DNA of 64,000 nucleotides from NCBI GenBank assembly GCA_023261845.1, contig JALNJZ010000006.1, positions 19,113 to 83,112 on the forward strand, written 5' to 3'. The position numbers and the translations under genes are program-made. Below, piece by piece: positions 1 to 10,278 of this stretch (its first letter is position 1; every line of letters begins with the position of its first letter). The DNA comes from Candidatus Terraquivivens tengchongensis. GTDB lineage: Archaea; Thermoproteota; Nitrososphaeria_A; Caldarchaeales; Wolframiiraptoraceae. The notes beneath the pieces are model-generated. The model searched no databases and was not told where the DNA came from. It saw only the letters and a list, made by a program, of their open reading frames with translations.

Positions 1-456
<456 letters not shown>

Positions 457-500
457 AGGCTAGAGTTTTATAGCTGAGTCTAACCTCTTTTCTTTTATAC

Positions 501-977
501 GTGGTAGGGTTGACGAAGCTTAGTTATGAGGATAAGCTAAAAGAATTGGGTTATTCGCTACCGGAACCACCCAAACCCATCGCATCGTACGTTCCGAGCG
601 TAAGGGTGGGCAAGCTGCTCTTCGTGAGTGGCGTCATACCACTAGTAAACGACAGGCTGCTGTACGCTGGCAAGCTGGGCAGAGAGGTTACAGTGGAGCA
701 GGGATACGAGGCGGCTAGAGTTGCTGCGTTGAATGCCCTTTCTATCATAAAATCCTCACTCGGTAGTCTCGAAAAAGTGAGGAGGATTGTGAAGCTAGTT
801 GGTTACGTGGCTTCGGCGGAAGGTTTTAGTGAGCAGCCGAAGGTCGTCAACGGCGCTTCAGACCTCTTAATACAAGTGTTCGGTGAGAGAGGGAAGCATT
901 CGAGGGTCGCGGTTGGTGTCATAGAGTTACCGAGGGGTGCTCCGGTAGAGATCGAGATGATAGTTCAAACAAAATAA
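501..977 (+). CDS. RidA/YjgF family reactive-intermediate deaminase-like protein (GTG start)
   Basis: 158 aa. LPEPPKPIASYVPSVRVGKLLFVSGVIP matches the RidA signature (..Y..a...g.llfvSGqip). Confidence 0.75.
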   Translation: MVGLTKLSYEDKLKELGYSLPEPPKPIASYVPSVRVGKLLFVSGVIPLVNDRLLYAGKLGREVTVEQGYEAARVAALNALSIIKSSLGSLEKVRRIVKLVGYVASAEGFSEQPKVVNGASDLLIQVFGERGKHSRVAVGVIELPRGAPVEIEMIVQTK

Positions 978-989
978 GGTAGTGACAAC

Positions 990-1637
990 ATGCCCAAGCA
1001 AAAGCTGATAGTTTTCGATATAGACGGAACGCTCTACAGAAGCGACGATTACGAGAGGGAACTCCATAAAGAGATCGTGGAGCTGCTTGCTGAGAAACTT
1101 GGCTGTAGCACCGAGGAGGTTAAAGCCAAGCTCAGGGCTTTGAGGAAGGAAACTCCGAGCATAAGCTGGTGCTTGATAAAGCTCGGGATAAACCTGAAGG
1201 AGTTTTATGAAGAGCTTGCTAGAAGGGCAAACCCCTCAAAGTACATAAGGGAGGCGAAAGATGTCAAGGCTTTGCTGGGAAAGCTCAAGGAGGCTGGATT
1301 CAAACTTGCAGCACACACAAATTCCGGTAGAGCGCTTGCCCTTAAGGTGCTCGGAGCCCTTGGGATAAACCCCTCGATGTTTGATATAATGGTCACGAGT
1401 GACGATGCAGAACCGAAACCTTCCCCTGACGGCTACCTGAAGATTCTAGGACTTGCGGGCATAACCGCTGAAGAGGCCGTATACGTCGGCGACCGCTACG
1501 ACGTCGACTTGAAGCCTGCGAAGGAGCTCGGCATTAGGACAGTCATCGTAGGAAAAGGCATAACCCCAAAGGACGTGGACTTCAAAGTTGAAAACATCCT
1601 CGAGATCGAAGACCTATTTCTGAAGACACAAGGATAA
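990..1637 (+). CDS. HAD-superfamily hydrolase
   Basis: N-terminal LIVFDIDGTL (DxDGT motif I). C-terminal GDRYDVD (motif IV). Confidence 0.75.
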   Translation: MPKQKLIVFDIDGTLYRSDDYERELHKEIVELLAEKLGCSTEEVKAKLRALRKETPSISWCLIKLGINLKEFYEELARRANPSKYIREAKDVKALLGKLKEAGFKLAAHTNSGRALALKVLGALGINPSMFDIMVTSDDAEPKPSPDGYLKILGLAGITAEEAVYVGDRYDVDLKPAKELGIRTVIVGKGITPKDVDFKVENILEIEDLFLKTQG

Positions 1638-1735
1638 GGCTTGTGTCGAGTAGTTGTGAATTCTTCAAATTCAAGTATAAAAGGAGCGGATGTGGAATAG
1701 TATTATTTTGAGCAGAAAGCCTGGGATGTAAACTC

Positions 1736-2320
1736 ATGAAAGCAGATTCTGACGTGCTAAAAAGGTTCATATCCGAATTGGAAAAGCTAGGAGCGACCGC
1801 CGAACTTCTTGAAACACGTACACAAGTCGTTAAACATCTTTCAGATTTCGTAAGGGAAAAAGGGGCAAAGATGGTGCTCGCATACGGTCTGGAGCGCATG
1901 CTGTCTTCTGAACTCTCAAAGGCCATAACATCGATGGGCATATCTTACTTTGATATAAACGATGTCGATAGACGGGACCTTCGTAAACTCCTTGAAAGAG
2001 CCGATATAGGCATAACGGGTGCCGACTTAGCAGTCGCCGAGACCGGCTCGCTCATCATAACGAGCGAAAACGATGCGGCGAGGCTCTTATCCTGCTTACC
2101 GCCGATCCACGTCGCAATACTTCCAAGGGAAAACATACTTGATAGCTTCTTGGATCTTGCCGAATGGCTTAGAAAGATGCAGGGTACAAGTAAGCGCACG
2201 GTATCCGTGATCACCGGACCGAGTAGGACAGCTGATATAGAGCTCGAGATAGTGTTGGGTGTCCATGGACCTTGTGAACTTCACGTCATAATCTTAGGAG
2301 GTGCGTTGAGTGAAGGGTAG
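1736..2320 (+). CDS. lutC: LUD-domain protein (LutC/YkgG-like lactate utilisation protein C)
   Basis: 194 aa. ADIGITGADLAVAETGSLII and PIHVAILPRENI match LUD/DUF162 family blocks. It overlaps the next gene by 11 nt, consistent with an operon. Confidence 0.65.
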   Translation: MKADSDVLKRFISELEKLGATAELLETRTQVVKHLSDFVREKGAKMVLAYGLERMLSSELSKAITSMGISYFDINDVDRRDLRKLLERADIGITGADLAVAETGSLIITSENDAARLLSCLPPIHVAILPRENILDSFLDLAEWLRKMQGTSKRTVSVITGPSRTADIELEIVLGVHGPCELHVIILGGALSEG

Positions 2321-4439
2321 AAACTTAATCGCTGAGGTTTCAGAGGCGCTGAAGAACAAGAGTCAGATCGAGAACCTAAGGACCTCAATGTTGTGTATGA
2401 GGGACAAAAGAGACGCTGCCATGGCAGGATACAGTGAGAAGGAATTGGCTGAGTTAAGAAACATAAGGCAGGCATCGCTAAGCTCACTCAACGAAAGTAT
2501 CAAGATGCTTAAGGACAAGCTCGAAGAAAACGGTTGCGGTTTTTACTTCGCTAAAACTGCCAAAGATGCGTGCGAGTATGTTGTCAACGTAGCAAAGACA
2601 AGGGGCGTTAAAAGAATCGTTAAGGCGAAGTCCATGACGACGGAGGAGATAGAGCTGAACAAGAGGCTCGTGGCCGAAGGTTTCGAGGTGATAGAGACAG
2701 ATCTGGGCGAATGGTTGGTTCAGTTAGCTGGACAGAAGCCGTCGCATCTGACGGCACCGGCTATACACCTTTCAAGGTACGAAATATCCAAGCTCATAGA
2801 AGACAGATTGGGGGTAAGACTGCCAGCAGACCCAAAAGAGGTCACGAAATTTGTACGTGCATTCCTCAGAGAGAAGTTCCTCACAGCAGACATGGGGATA
2901 ACGGGCGGGAACTTCGTGGTTGCAGAGACTGGAAGCCTGGTGCTCGTGACAAACGAAGGGAACGGTAGGCTCGTTACAGCGCTTCCACGTATTCATGTTG
3001 CTATCGTGGGTGTCGAGAAACTTGTCAGAACTTGGGAAGATGCCTTGAAGATACTAAATGTTTTGCCGAAAAGTGCCACCGGACAGAACATGGCCACGTA
3101 CGTTACAATATTGAACTCAGGCTCTGAAACACCATCACTGGACGGTGGGTTTGTTGAACGGGAGTTCCATCTGGTTTTGTTGGACAACGGAAGGCTTAGC
3201 GCGCTCCAAGACACGGTAATGTCCGAGGCGTTGAAATGTATAAGGTGCTCTGCATGCTTCAATGTATGCCCAACTTACAGAGTTTTAGGCGGCCACGTCT
3301 TCGGCTATATCTACAGCGGACCCACAGGCATACCCTGGACGTACATATCGCATGGTCTCGAGAATGCGGCGAGCTATGCACCACTCTGCATATCTTGTGG
3401 ATTATGTCGGGAAACATGTCCGATCGGTATAGACATGCCGACTATGATCTCTGAGATAAAGCGGAGGTATGGGGAGCGTAATGGTTATCGTTGGGTGGAC
3501 AGAAGGCTTGCTGGATATGAGAGCCTTGTAAAGCTTGCAAGCAACACAGCACCCGTGTCAAATTTCTTACTTGGTACGAGTATGGCGAAGTGGATATTAG
3601 AAAAACTCATCGGCATAGATAGAAGGGTAAACCTTCCGAAGTTCTCAGGGAAGACTTTACGTGAGCTGTTGGACGGCGTGCTCGTTCCACGTGCAGAAAG
3701 CGACAGAAAGGTTGCATACTTCGCGGACAGCATGGCCTACTACATTGACGTAGACGTAGGATTGGCTACCGTCAACGTACTCCAGAAAAATGGTTTCAAC
3801 GTTGTCATGCCACCCCAGAAAGGCAGCGGCATGCCCTCATTCCTTTATGGTCTCCTAGACGATGCGAAGAAGCTGGCGGAGTACAACGTAAAGCAAATGT
3901 ACGAGTACGTGTCTAAAGGTTACGACATAGTTTCTGCGGAGCCGACGGCCATCTACTGCCTCAGATTTGTCTATCCTAAGTTACTCGGAACAACAAAAGA
4001 GGTCCAAGAGGTGGCGGAGAGGAGTTATGAGTTATTTGGCTACCTTTTAAGGATGCTGGAGAGCGGCATGCTCGACCTAAGCTTTAAGCGATATAACGGT
4101 GTCAAGGCCGTTTACCATCTTCCGTGCCATTCCAGGCACTTGAGCAAGGATAGGCCTGTCTTGAAATTTTTGGAAATGCTCGGCATAGATGCTGAGTTCA
4201 TCGATTACGGTTGCTGCGGCATGGGCGGTACGTGGGGTATGGAGAAAGGTTACGAAGGGTATGAGATAAGTAAAGCAATCGCTGAGCCGCTTGTCATGGC
4301 AATATCTAAATCGGGCGCAGATTTTGTCGTTACAGAGTGCAGCCTCTGCAAGATGCAGATAGAGCGTTTTACCGGCAAAAAAGTCGTTCATCCGATACTT
4401 TTGTTAGACAAGGCATATAAGGGCCTACCCATGCCCTAA
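2310..4439 (+). CDS. lutB: Iron-sulfur LUD-domain protein fused to a CCG cysteine-rich domain (LutB-LutA/GlpC-like fusion)
   Basis: Second LUD block MGITGGNFVVAETGSLVLV...RIHVAIVG. Two 4Fe-4S ferredoxin motifs CIRCSACFNVCP and CISCGLCRETCP. C-terminal CCG-type repeats (YHLPCH...GCCGMGGTWG...ECSLCKMQ). Confidence 0.75.
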   Translation: MKGRNLIAEVSEALKNKSQIENLRTSMLCMRDKRDAAMAGYSEKELAELRNIRQASLSSLNESIKMLKDKLEENGCGFYFAKTAKDACEYVVNVAKTRGVKRIVKAKSMTTEEIELNKRLVAEGFEVIETDLGEWLVQLAGQKPSHLTAPAIHLSRYEISKLIEDRLGVRLPADPKEVTKFVRAFLREKFLTADMGITGGNFVVAETGSLVLVTNEGNGRLVTALPRIHVAIVGVEKLVRTWEDALKILNVLPKSATGQNMATYVTILNSGSETPSLDGGFVEREFHLVLLDNGRLSALQDTVMSEALKCIRCSACFNVCPTYRVLGGHVFGYIYSGPTGIPWTYISHGLENAASYAPLCISCGLCRETCPIGIDMPTMISEIKRRYGERNGYRWVDRRLAGYESLVKLASNTAPVSNFLLGTSMAKWILEKLIGIDRRVNLPKFSGKTLRELLDGVLVPRAESDRKVAYFADSMAYYIDVDVGLATVNVLQKNGFNVVMPPQKGSGMPSFLYGLLDDAKKLAEYNVKQMYEYVSKGYDIVSAEPTAIYCLRFVYPKLLGTTKEVQEVAERSYELFGYLLRMLESGMLDLSFKRYNGVKAVYHLPCHSRHLSKDRPVLKFLEMLGIDAEFIDYGCCGMGGTWGMEKGYEGYEISKAIAEPLVMAISKSGADFVVTECSLCKMQIERFTGKKVVHPILLLDKAYKGLPMP

Positions 4440-4457
4440 AAATCACCTGTAAAAAGG

Positions 4458-5021
4458 TTGAGGGTAGGATTGAAATACGGTAGCGGTGACGATGGAACTA
4501 CCGGGCTTTTAGGAGGAGTAAGGGTTCCAAAGGACGATCCAAGGGTTGAAGTTTTGGGAGCGCTCGACGAGTTGAACGCTATCATAGGTCTTGCCAGAAC
4601 TTTAACCGGATACCAAGACGTGAAGGATGTTCTATTGAGCATACAAAGGTCACTGTATGTTGTGGGCGTTGAGGTAGCTTCTATCGGAACGCCAGCATAT
4701 AAAAAGACAGTTAGCGACGATATGTTAAAGGAGCTTGAGAACTTAATCAAGCGTTACGAGTCAGAGGTGCATGAGGTAACGGGGTTCATAATACCTTATG
4801 GAGCTATGAGTAGTTTAGTACTGCATATGGCGAGGGGTGTTGCCCGAAGGCTCGAAAGGAGAGCCGTATCGTTAAAAACTAGTTTCAACGTAAGTAAAAC
4901 GCTTCTTGCATACTTGAATAGGCTTTCTACGTTCCTCTTCATCATGGCAAGGGTAATAAATGCCAGAGGGTATGTCGAGGAAGAAGTTTTGAAAATTAAA
5001 GACGTAGCTGATAAATTCTAA
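4458..5021 (+). CDS. PduO-type ATP:cob(I)alamin adenosyltransferase
   Basis: N-terminus YGSGDDGTTGLLGGVRVPKDDPRVEVLGALDELN matches the PduO/MMAB family signature (TGDdGtTsL..g.rvsKdd.r..a.GtlDE). Confidence 0.8.
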   Translation: MRVGLKYGSGDDGTTGLLGGVRVPKDDPRVEVLGALDELNAIIGLARTLTGYQDVKDVLLSIQRSLYVVGVEVASIGTPAYKKTVSDDMLKELENLIKRYESEVHEVTGFIIPYGAMSSLVLHMARGVARRLERRAVSLKTSFNVSKTLLAYLNRLSTFLFIMARVINARGYVEEEVLKIKDVADKF

Positions 5022-5755
5022 CGACGTTCAGATTGCGCGTATTTATTCGCTTCCTTTTCTAACATATCTACTAACAGTAGCGATGCCATTCCAAGCTCAC
5101 GGGCTGGAAGGAACCTGTCAGAATTTGCGCTGAATGAAATGTTAGCCACCGCTGGTATGTACTCTTGTTTCTCAGCAGCCCAAAGTTGGCAAAGAATTCG
5201 AACCCTTGGAAGCATCACGAAAGAAAAACTCACACCTCCCAATTTTTCTCGTTTTCCACCAAGCATCTTGCAAGCATATTCGTATGCATCCACCATGTTA
5301 CCGAACTTCTTAGCTAATCGCTTTAGAACGAAGTCTTCAAACTCTCTGATGTATGGAACTGCGCCAGCGATATCCTTGTAGTTTACCCATGTTGTTCCTA
5401 GCGGCGTACCATCACCAGTTACAAGGTATTTGAGGATTATATACTGGACGATTGTAGGTGCAAGTTTGTCGGTCAACAAGTCAACGACACGTTCTTCTGA
5501 AACCTCGAGCGAGTAGGTCCTGTTAAGGAAAGTTATTATGAACCTGCCCTTCATGTTCAACTCACGGGGAGGTATGTATGCGACGGAACATTTTTTGGCG
5601 ACTTCATCAAGGTTTCTTTGTGAGAGTTCAGCGAACGCCTTCTTGGTTTCAACAATTAATATATCGTCGGGCATCTTAATCGTACGGTAGCTCGACATCC
5701 CAGGCCGCAATTCAAAATTGACCAATGTTTCTATATGAATTTTGCTATCCGACAA
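5018..5755 (-). CDS. Conserved hypothetical protein
   Basis: 245-aa ORF with normal codon composition. No motif I can name. Confidence 0.45.
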   Translation of the reverse strand: MSDSKIHIETLVNFELRPGMSSYRTIKMPDDILIVETKKAFAELSQRNLDEVAKKCSVAYIPPRELNMKGRFIITFLNRTYSLEVSEERVVDLLTDKLAPTIVQYIILKYLVTGDGTPLGTTWVNYKDIAGAVPYIREFEDFVLKRLAKKFGNMVDAYEYACKMLGGKREKLGGVSFSFVMLPRVRILCQLWAAEKQEYIPAVANISFSANSDRFLPARELGMASLLLVDMLEKEANKYAQSERR

Positions 5756-5808
5756 GTTTAAGAAAAGTTTTAAGGCATGAGTCGATAAGCATATCTTGGT
5801 GCTGATAG

Positions 5809-6639
5809 TTGACGCATAGGACCAAACATAAGCAAACCACTTTCGAGATAATATGTGTCGGAAATGAGTTGCTGATAGGCAAAGTTGTTAACACGAATGC
5901 AAACTGGTTGGCTAAAAAGATTACAGAGATCGGTGGATTTGTCAGGAGGATTATGGATGTTAGAGATGATTTGTCTGAGATCTCCTCGGCCGTGAGGGAG
6001 GCGCTGAAAAGGGGTACGGAGTGGATAATAACGAGTGGCGGTCTTGGACCTACCTTTGATGATATGACGCTGAACGGTGTTGCTAAGGCTATAAAGAGGC
6101 CGCTAAAGTTGAACAAGCAGGCCTACCAAATGCTCTTGGAAAAATACAAGGAGATGTTCGAGCGCGGCATCCTCAAGAGCCTCGACATTACACCGGAGCG
6201 GAGGAAGATGGCCGAGCTCCCTGCAGGCGCCATTCCCTTACGGAACCGTGTAGGTACTGCACCAGGTGTGCTCATAAAATTCGGCCGCCAAAGGATAGCT
6301 TGCCTACCTGGTGTTCCGGCAGAGCTGATGGACATTTTCGAAAATGAACTGTTACCGATAATTCAAAAATCGATAAAGCGCGTATACACAACCGAGAGAG
6401 TGTTGATCGCAAAGGATGTCATAGAGTCTGCGTTGGCTCCGGTGATAAAAGAGGCGATGTCAAAGCACCCTGAGGTTTATATAAAATCGCATCCAAAAGG
6501 TAGAGAATCTGGTGTATCTATAATAGAGCTGCATATAACGGCGACCGCTAAATCGTCCGAGAGAATCGAGAAGGAAATGGAGCAGGTTGTGCAAGAGCTA
6601 AAGGAAAAAATAGTAGCATTAGGTGGAACTGCCGAATAA
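5809..6639 (+). CDS. CinA-like/MoCF-biosynthesis (molybdopterin-binding) domain protein; start uncertain (TTG)
   Basis: FEIICVGNELLIGKVVNTNANWL and ITSGGLGPTFDDMT match the CinA N-terminal/MogA-like domain (GGLGPTxDDlT). Confidence 0.65.
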   Translation: MTHRTKHKQTTFEIICVGNELLIGKVVNTNANWLAKKITEIGGFVRRIMDVRDDLSEISSAVREALKRGTEWIITSGGLGPTFDDMTLNGVAKAIKRPLKLNKQAYQMLLEKYKEMFERGILKSLDITPERRKMAELPAGAIPLRNRVGTAPGVLIKFGRQRIACLPGVPAELMDIFENELLPIIQKSIKRVYTTERVLIAKDVIESALAPVIKEAMSKHPEVYIKSHPKGRESGVSIIELHITATAKSSERIEKEMEQVVQELKEKIVALGGTAE

Positions 6640-7736
6640 TGAAGCTAGATGAGCTTAGCCTATATGAAAAACCCGAGTTGAGGGAATTCCTAGCCCAGCT
6701 GAGGACGGAACCGGATGGCTTCTTGGAAGGCATGGAGTCTGCTGAGGCCATTTCGCTCAAATTACGTCATGATGTAAGCTCCGTGGTTTTCTTAGGGGTT
6801 GGCGGCTCCGGGATAGTCGGCGACCTCTTATCGGATATCACAGCAAAGCGCAGGAACCTGCCGATCATCTGCCATAAGGACTACTCCTTTCCTCCATATC
6901 TAACGAAGGACGCGCTGGTCGTTGTCGTCAGTTACTCAGGCAATACCGCCGAGACATTGTCCGCTATGGTTAAGGCTTACGATGCTGGCTTGTCAATGTT
7001 CGCTATTACATCAGGCGGCTTAATGGGAAGAGTTTGCAAGAAGTCAGGAATACCGGTCGTCGAGATTAAAGCCGGTCTGTTGCCACGAATGGCCGTCCCT
7101 CACATGCTCGGTGCTGCCATTTCTGTCTTGACGGGTGTTGGCATCATAAAGATGTCTACCGACGAATTAAGGAATGCTGTTGAAAGGGCGAAGCGTGCGC
7201 AAGCGTCAGTGGAGGTTCATGTAGGACTGGAGTCAAACGTAGCAAAGCAGGTTGCGAGTCGCATATACGATAAAACAGCATTCATATACTCTCATGGACC
7301 CCTGTCTTCGGTTGGTTACCGTTTAAAGTGCCAGTTAAACGAGAATGCTAAGATGCTGGCGGTGAGTCAATGTTTACCGGAGATCTTACATAATGATATA
7401 GAAGGGTGGAGTCCAGAGGTGGCTAGATGCTTGGCGGCCGTTATGCTAAGGTGTAAAGACGAGTATCCAGCCGTCAAGGAGGCGCTGGATAAGATGGAAG
7501 CTGACCTAAGGGAGCGATTCGGTATCACGGTATCGAGGATAGAAAGCGACGAAGGGGATGAGGTTACCAAAATCTTCTCTACTATGGTTATATGCGACTA
7601 CATGAGCTTCTACGCGGCAATCATGAGGGGGGTTGACCCCGTGAGGGTTGATAGGATAAAATCTATGAGGGAAGGTATCGTGAGCAACACGAAGTTACTC
7701 GAGCAAGTTGTAAGTAGGTTTGGGGTTAAACATTGA
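6639..7736 (+). CDS. SIS-domain sugar-phosphate isomerase, probably bifunctional phosphoglucose/phosphomannose isomerase
   Basis: VFLGVGGSGIVGDLL and VVVSYSGNTAETL are SIS-domain blocks. Size and architecture resemble crenarchaeal PGI/PMI. Confidence 0.55.
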   Translation: MKLDELSLYEKPELREFLAQLRTEPDGFLEGMESAEAISLKLRHDVSSVVFLGVGGSGIVGDLLSDITAKRRNLPIICHKDYSFPPYLTKDALVVVVSYSGNTAETLSAMVKAYDAGLSMFAITSGGLMGRVCKKSGIPVVEIKAGLLPRMAVPHMLGAAISVLTGVGIIKMSTDELRNAVERAKRAQASVEVHVGLESNVAKQVASRIYDKTAFIYSHGPLSSVGYRLKCQLNENAKMLAVSQCLPEILHNDIEGWSPEVARCLAAVMLRCKDEYPAVKEALDKMEADLRERFGITVSRIESDEGDEVTKIFSTMVICDYMSFYAAIMRGVDPVRVDRIKSMREGIVSNTKLLEQVVSRFGVKH

Positions 7737-8254
7737 TGACCGGTTCAATCACAATTAAGCGTAGAACGATTCTAGTCGCTATTACTACAATAGCGCTGAT
7801 GATCATTCTCCTACTTGGATCTTTTGCGACCTTAACTCGGGAGGAGAGTGAGGAGGTTATTCAACAGGTTAACGAGTTGCTTCGCGATATAGACGTCTGG
7901 AAGATCTTCTTTAACAATTTTCAGATAGCTTTGCTGATGTTTATTCCAGCAGTCGGCACTTTCATTGGCGGGTACATCATCTACTCAACAGGGATAGTCT
8001 TCGCGGCCTACTCGCTTCAGTCAAGCATACCCTCCATATACCTCGTGGGGTTTGCCATATTGTCGCCTTACGGCATCTTAGAATTCTTAGGATACGGGCT
8101 GGCTACGTCCGAGGGGTTGCTAATAATCTACGCCGCTTTTAAGAAAAGGCTCAGGTCAGAGGTTAAAGCGCTTCCGTTAATAATTTTGGCAGTAGCTGGT
8201 TTATTGCTTACAGCAGCGGCTTTAGAGATGCTAATGGTAGAGTTATACGTTTAA
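7733..8254 (+). CDS. Integral membrane protein (SpoIIM/DUF95-like)
   Basis: 173 aa with four or five hydrophobic helices. Confidence 0.45.
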   Translation: MMTGSITIKRRTILVAITTIALMIILLLGSFATLTREESEEVIQQVNELLRDIDVWKIFFNNFQIALLMFIPAVGTFIGGYIIYSTGIVFAAYSLQSSIPSIYLVGFAILSPYGILEFLGYGLATSEGLLIIYAAFKKRLRSEVKALPLIILAVAGLLLTAAALEMLMVELYV

Positions 8255-8970
8255 ACACCAAACAACCTGTGGAATATTATGCCCAATATGTCACCATAGA
8301 ATACAGAGACTACGAAGCCGCCGGTTATAAAGACCAGTAAAGGTACGCCCGGTGTGAGCCATGCTCTATCCCTATCAACTTGCGGCTCAATGTCAACAAA
8401 AATGTTGAACGTAAATCTGCGCTTACCATCAAAAACACCCTCCATCGGCATCCAGAACTTTTTAGCCTTCGCATCGTCGCATAACGTTCCAATGAAGCAC
8501 ACCAAAGCTTTCCTCGAGATAGGTTCATACTCTAGCCCCTCGAATATCTTGTCGCCCTTGAGTATGCGTATAAGGTTATAGACTGCAAAGCTTATCGGTA
8601 AAGCAGCGGATATCAGCAAACCGTTCATGAGGGAATAGATTGCCGTAAAGGGATGTATGGCAGCTGTCGGCCAGTATATGGGCATTATCACTGAGATCAC
8701 GGTCAAAGCTTTTGCATCAGCTCCGCCATAAAGCCTAGCATAATATAGACCGAAGGATATGGCGGCGCTTACACCTATTGAAATTAGACATAAAAAAGTG
8801 TAGCTAGGTAGTCCTGTAGTCACGAGGTCGTACGCCGTTATGAGTGCGCCGATAGAACCAAAAACCACCCATAGTTTGTCGCTAACCTCCCTGAACCTCA
8901 AATCGCTATAGGACGCATAGCACATCATCACCAGTATCAGGACTATTCTAAGGGTATCTAGCGTTAGCAT
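8251..8970 (-). CDS. A24-family prepilin/preflagellin peptidase (PibD/FlaK-like)
   Basis: Polytopic membrane protein. CYASYSDLRFREV carries the first catalytic Asp motif of type IV prepilin peptidases. Confidence 0.65.
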   Translation of the reverse strand: MLTLDTLRIVLILVMMCYASYSDLRFREVSDKLWVVFGSIGALITAYDLVTTGLPSYTFLCLISIGVSAAISFGLYYARLYGGADAKALTVISVIMPIYWPTAAIHPFTAIYSLMNGLLISAALPISFAVYNLIRILKGDKIFEGLEYEPISRKALVCFIGTLCDDAKAKKFWMPMEGVFDGKRRFTFNIFVDIEPQVDRDRAWLTPGVPLLVFITGGFVVSVFYGDILGIIFHRLFGV

Positions 8971-8983
8971 GATCTTACCTTGG

Positions 8984-10234
8984 TTAAGGCCAGCTACCTA
9001 AAGACTTTACCGCTTCCGCAACCCTTTTCACCGCGACGACCATAGCCGTCAGCCGTGTATTCGTTTTATACTCTTTGGCGAACTTCATAACCTCGTCAAA
9101 CGCTTTCACCATTTTCCTCTCTAAGTTCGCCCTAACCTCTTCTATGGACCACTTGGTACGTGTAAGGTTTTGAACCCACTCGAAGTAGCTGACAGTCACA
9201 CCGCCAGCGCTGGCTAGGATGTCCGGTACGATGAGTATTCCTTTTTCGAACAATATCCTATCGGCCTCGGGAGTTGTCGGTCCGTTGGCCGCTTCTATTA
9301 CGGCTGATGCCTTAATCCTGTCTGCATTCTTTGACGTTATCACGTTCTCGATGGCGGCAGGTATTAGGAAGTCGCACTCTAATTCTAGAAGCTCCTCGTT
9401 CGTTATGTTCTTGGCCTTTTCGTAGTTTATAACGGAGCCTGTCATCTTTTTATGGTTTAAAACTTTTTCGACGTCGAGTTGTTCGTTAGAACATATGCCA
9501 CCCTTTGAGTCACTTACGGCTATGATCCTACAACCCATCTCTTGGAGCAGCTTAGCCGATATGTAGCCTACATTACCGAACCCCTGCACGACTACCCTAG
9601 CACCCTTCAGCGGTTTCCCCAAATACTTGCTGACCTCCCTTGTGAGAATGGCTACGCCCATCCCTGTTGCCTCATTTCTACCCTCACTTCCACCTAAAGT
9701 GATGGGCTTACCAGTTACAACGGCAGGTGCTGGTTCGTTTTTTATCTTGCTATAAGTGTCCATTATCCAGGCCATAGTCTGTGCGTCCGTGTAGACGTCA
9801 GGGGCAGGTATGTCCAAATAGGGACCTATGACGTTTGCAATCGCCATCGTATATTTTCTAGTGAACCTTTCGAGCTCCGCCTGGCTCATGTTTTTCGGAT
9901 CGCACTTTACCCCTCCTTTTGCACCACCGAATGGTATGTCAACCACTGCACACTTCCAAGTCATCAGCATGGCCAGTGCCGTGACTTCCTCCAAAGTTAC
10001 GTCTGGATGATACCTTATACCGCCTTTGTACGGCCCCCTCGCTGAATTGTGTTGAACCCTGTATCCTGTAAAAACCTTGAGCTCGCCGTTGTCCATTCTA
10101 CAAGGCAAGGATACTATGATGCTACGCTCAGGCTTCTTCAAAACATCGCACAAGTCTTGGCTTAGGCCTATGGTCTGCGCCGCTTCATCAAACTGTTTCA
10201 TTACGTAAGATAGAAAAGATATGTTTGACGTCAT
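8984..10234 (-). CDS. gdhA: Glutamate dehydrogenase (paralog 1)
   Basis: GPYKGGIRYHP, MTWKCAVVDIPFGGAKGGVKCDP and GFGNVGYISAKLL are GDH signatures. The start was chosen at the Met at 10234, which leaves about 35 aa before the PERSIIV block as in other GDHs. Alternatives are 10300 and 10201. Confidence 0.85.
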   Translation of the reverse strand: MTSNISFLSYVMKQFDEAAQTIGLSQDLCDVLKKPERSIIVSLPCRMDNGELKVFTGYRVQHNSARGPYKGGIRYHPDVTLEEVTALAMLMTWKCAVVDIPFGGAKGGVKCDPKNMSQAELERFTRKYTMAIANVIGPYLDIPAPDVYTDAQTMAWIMDTYSKIKNEPAPAVVTGKPITLGGSEGRNEATGMGVAILTREVSKYLGKPLKGARVVVQGFGNVGYISAKLLQEMGCRIIAVSDSKGGICSNEQLDVEKVLNHKKMTGSVINYEKAKNITNEELLELECDFLIPAAIENVITSKNADRIKASAVIEAANGPTTPEADRILFEKGILIVPDILASAGGVTVSYFEWVQNLTRTKWSIEEVRANLERKMVKAFDEVMKFAKEYKTNTRLTAMVVAVKRVAEAVKSLGSWP

Positions 10235-10278
10235 GTTTAATAGAAATTCAGCAAAACATAAATAGTTATCGTAAGAAT

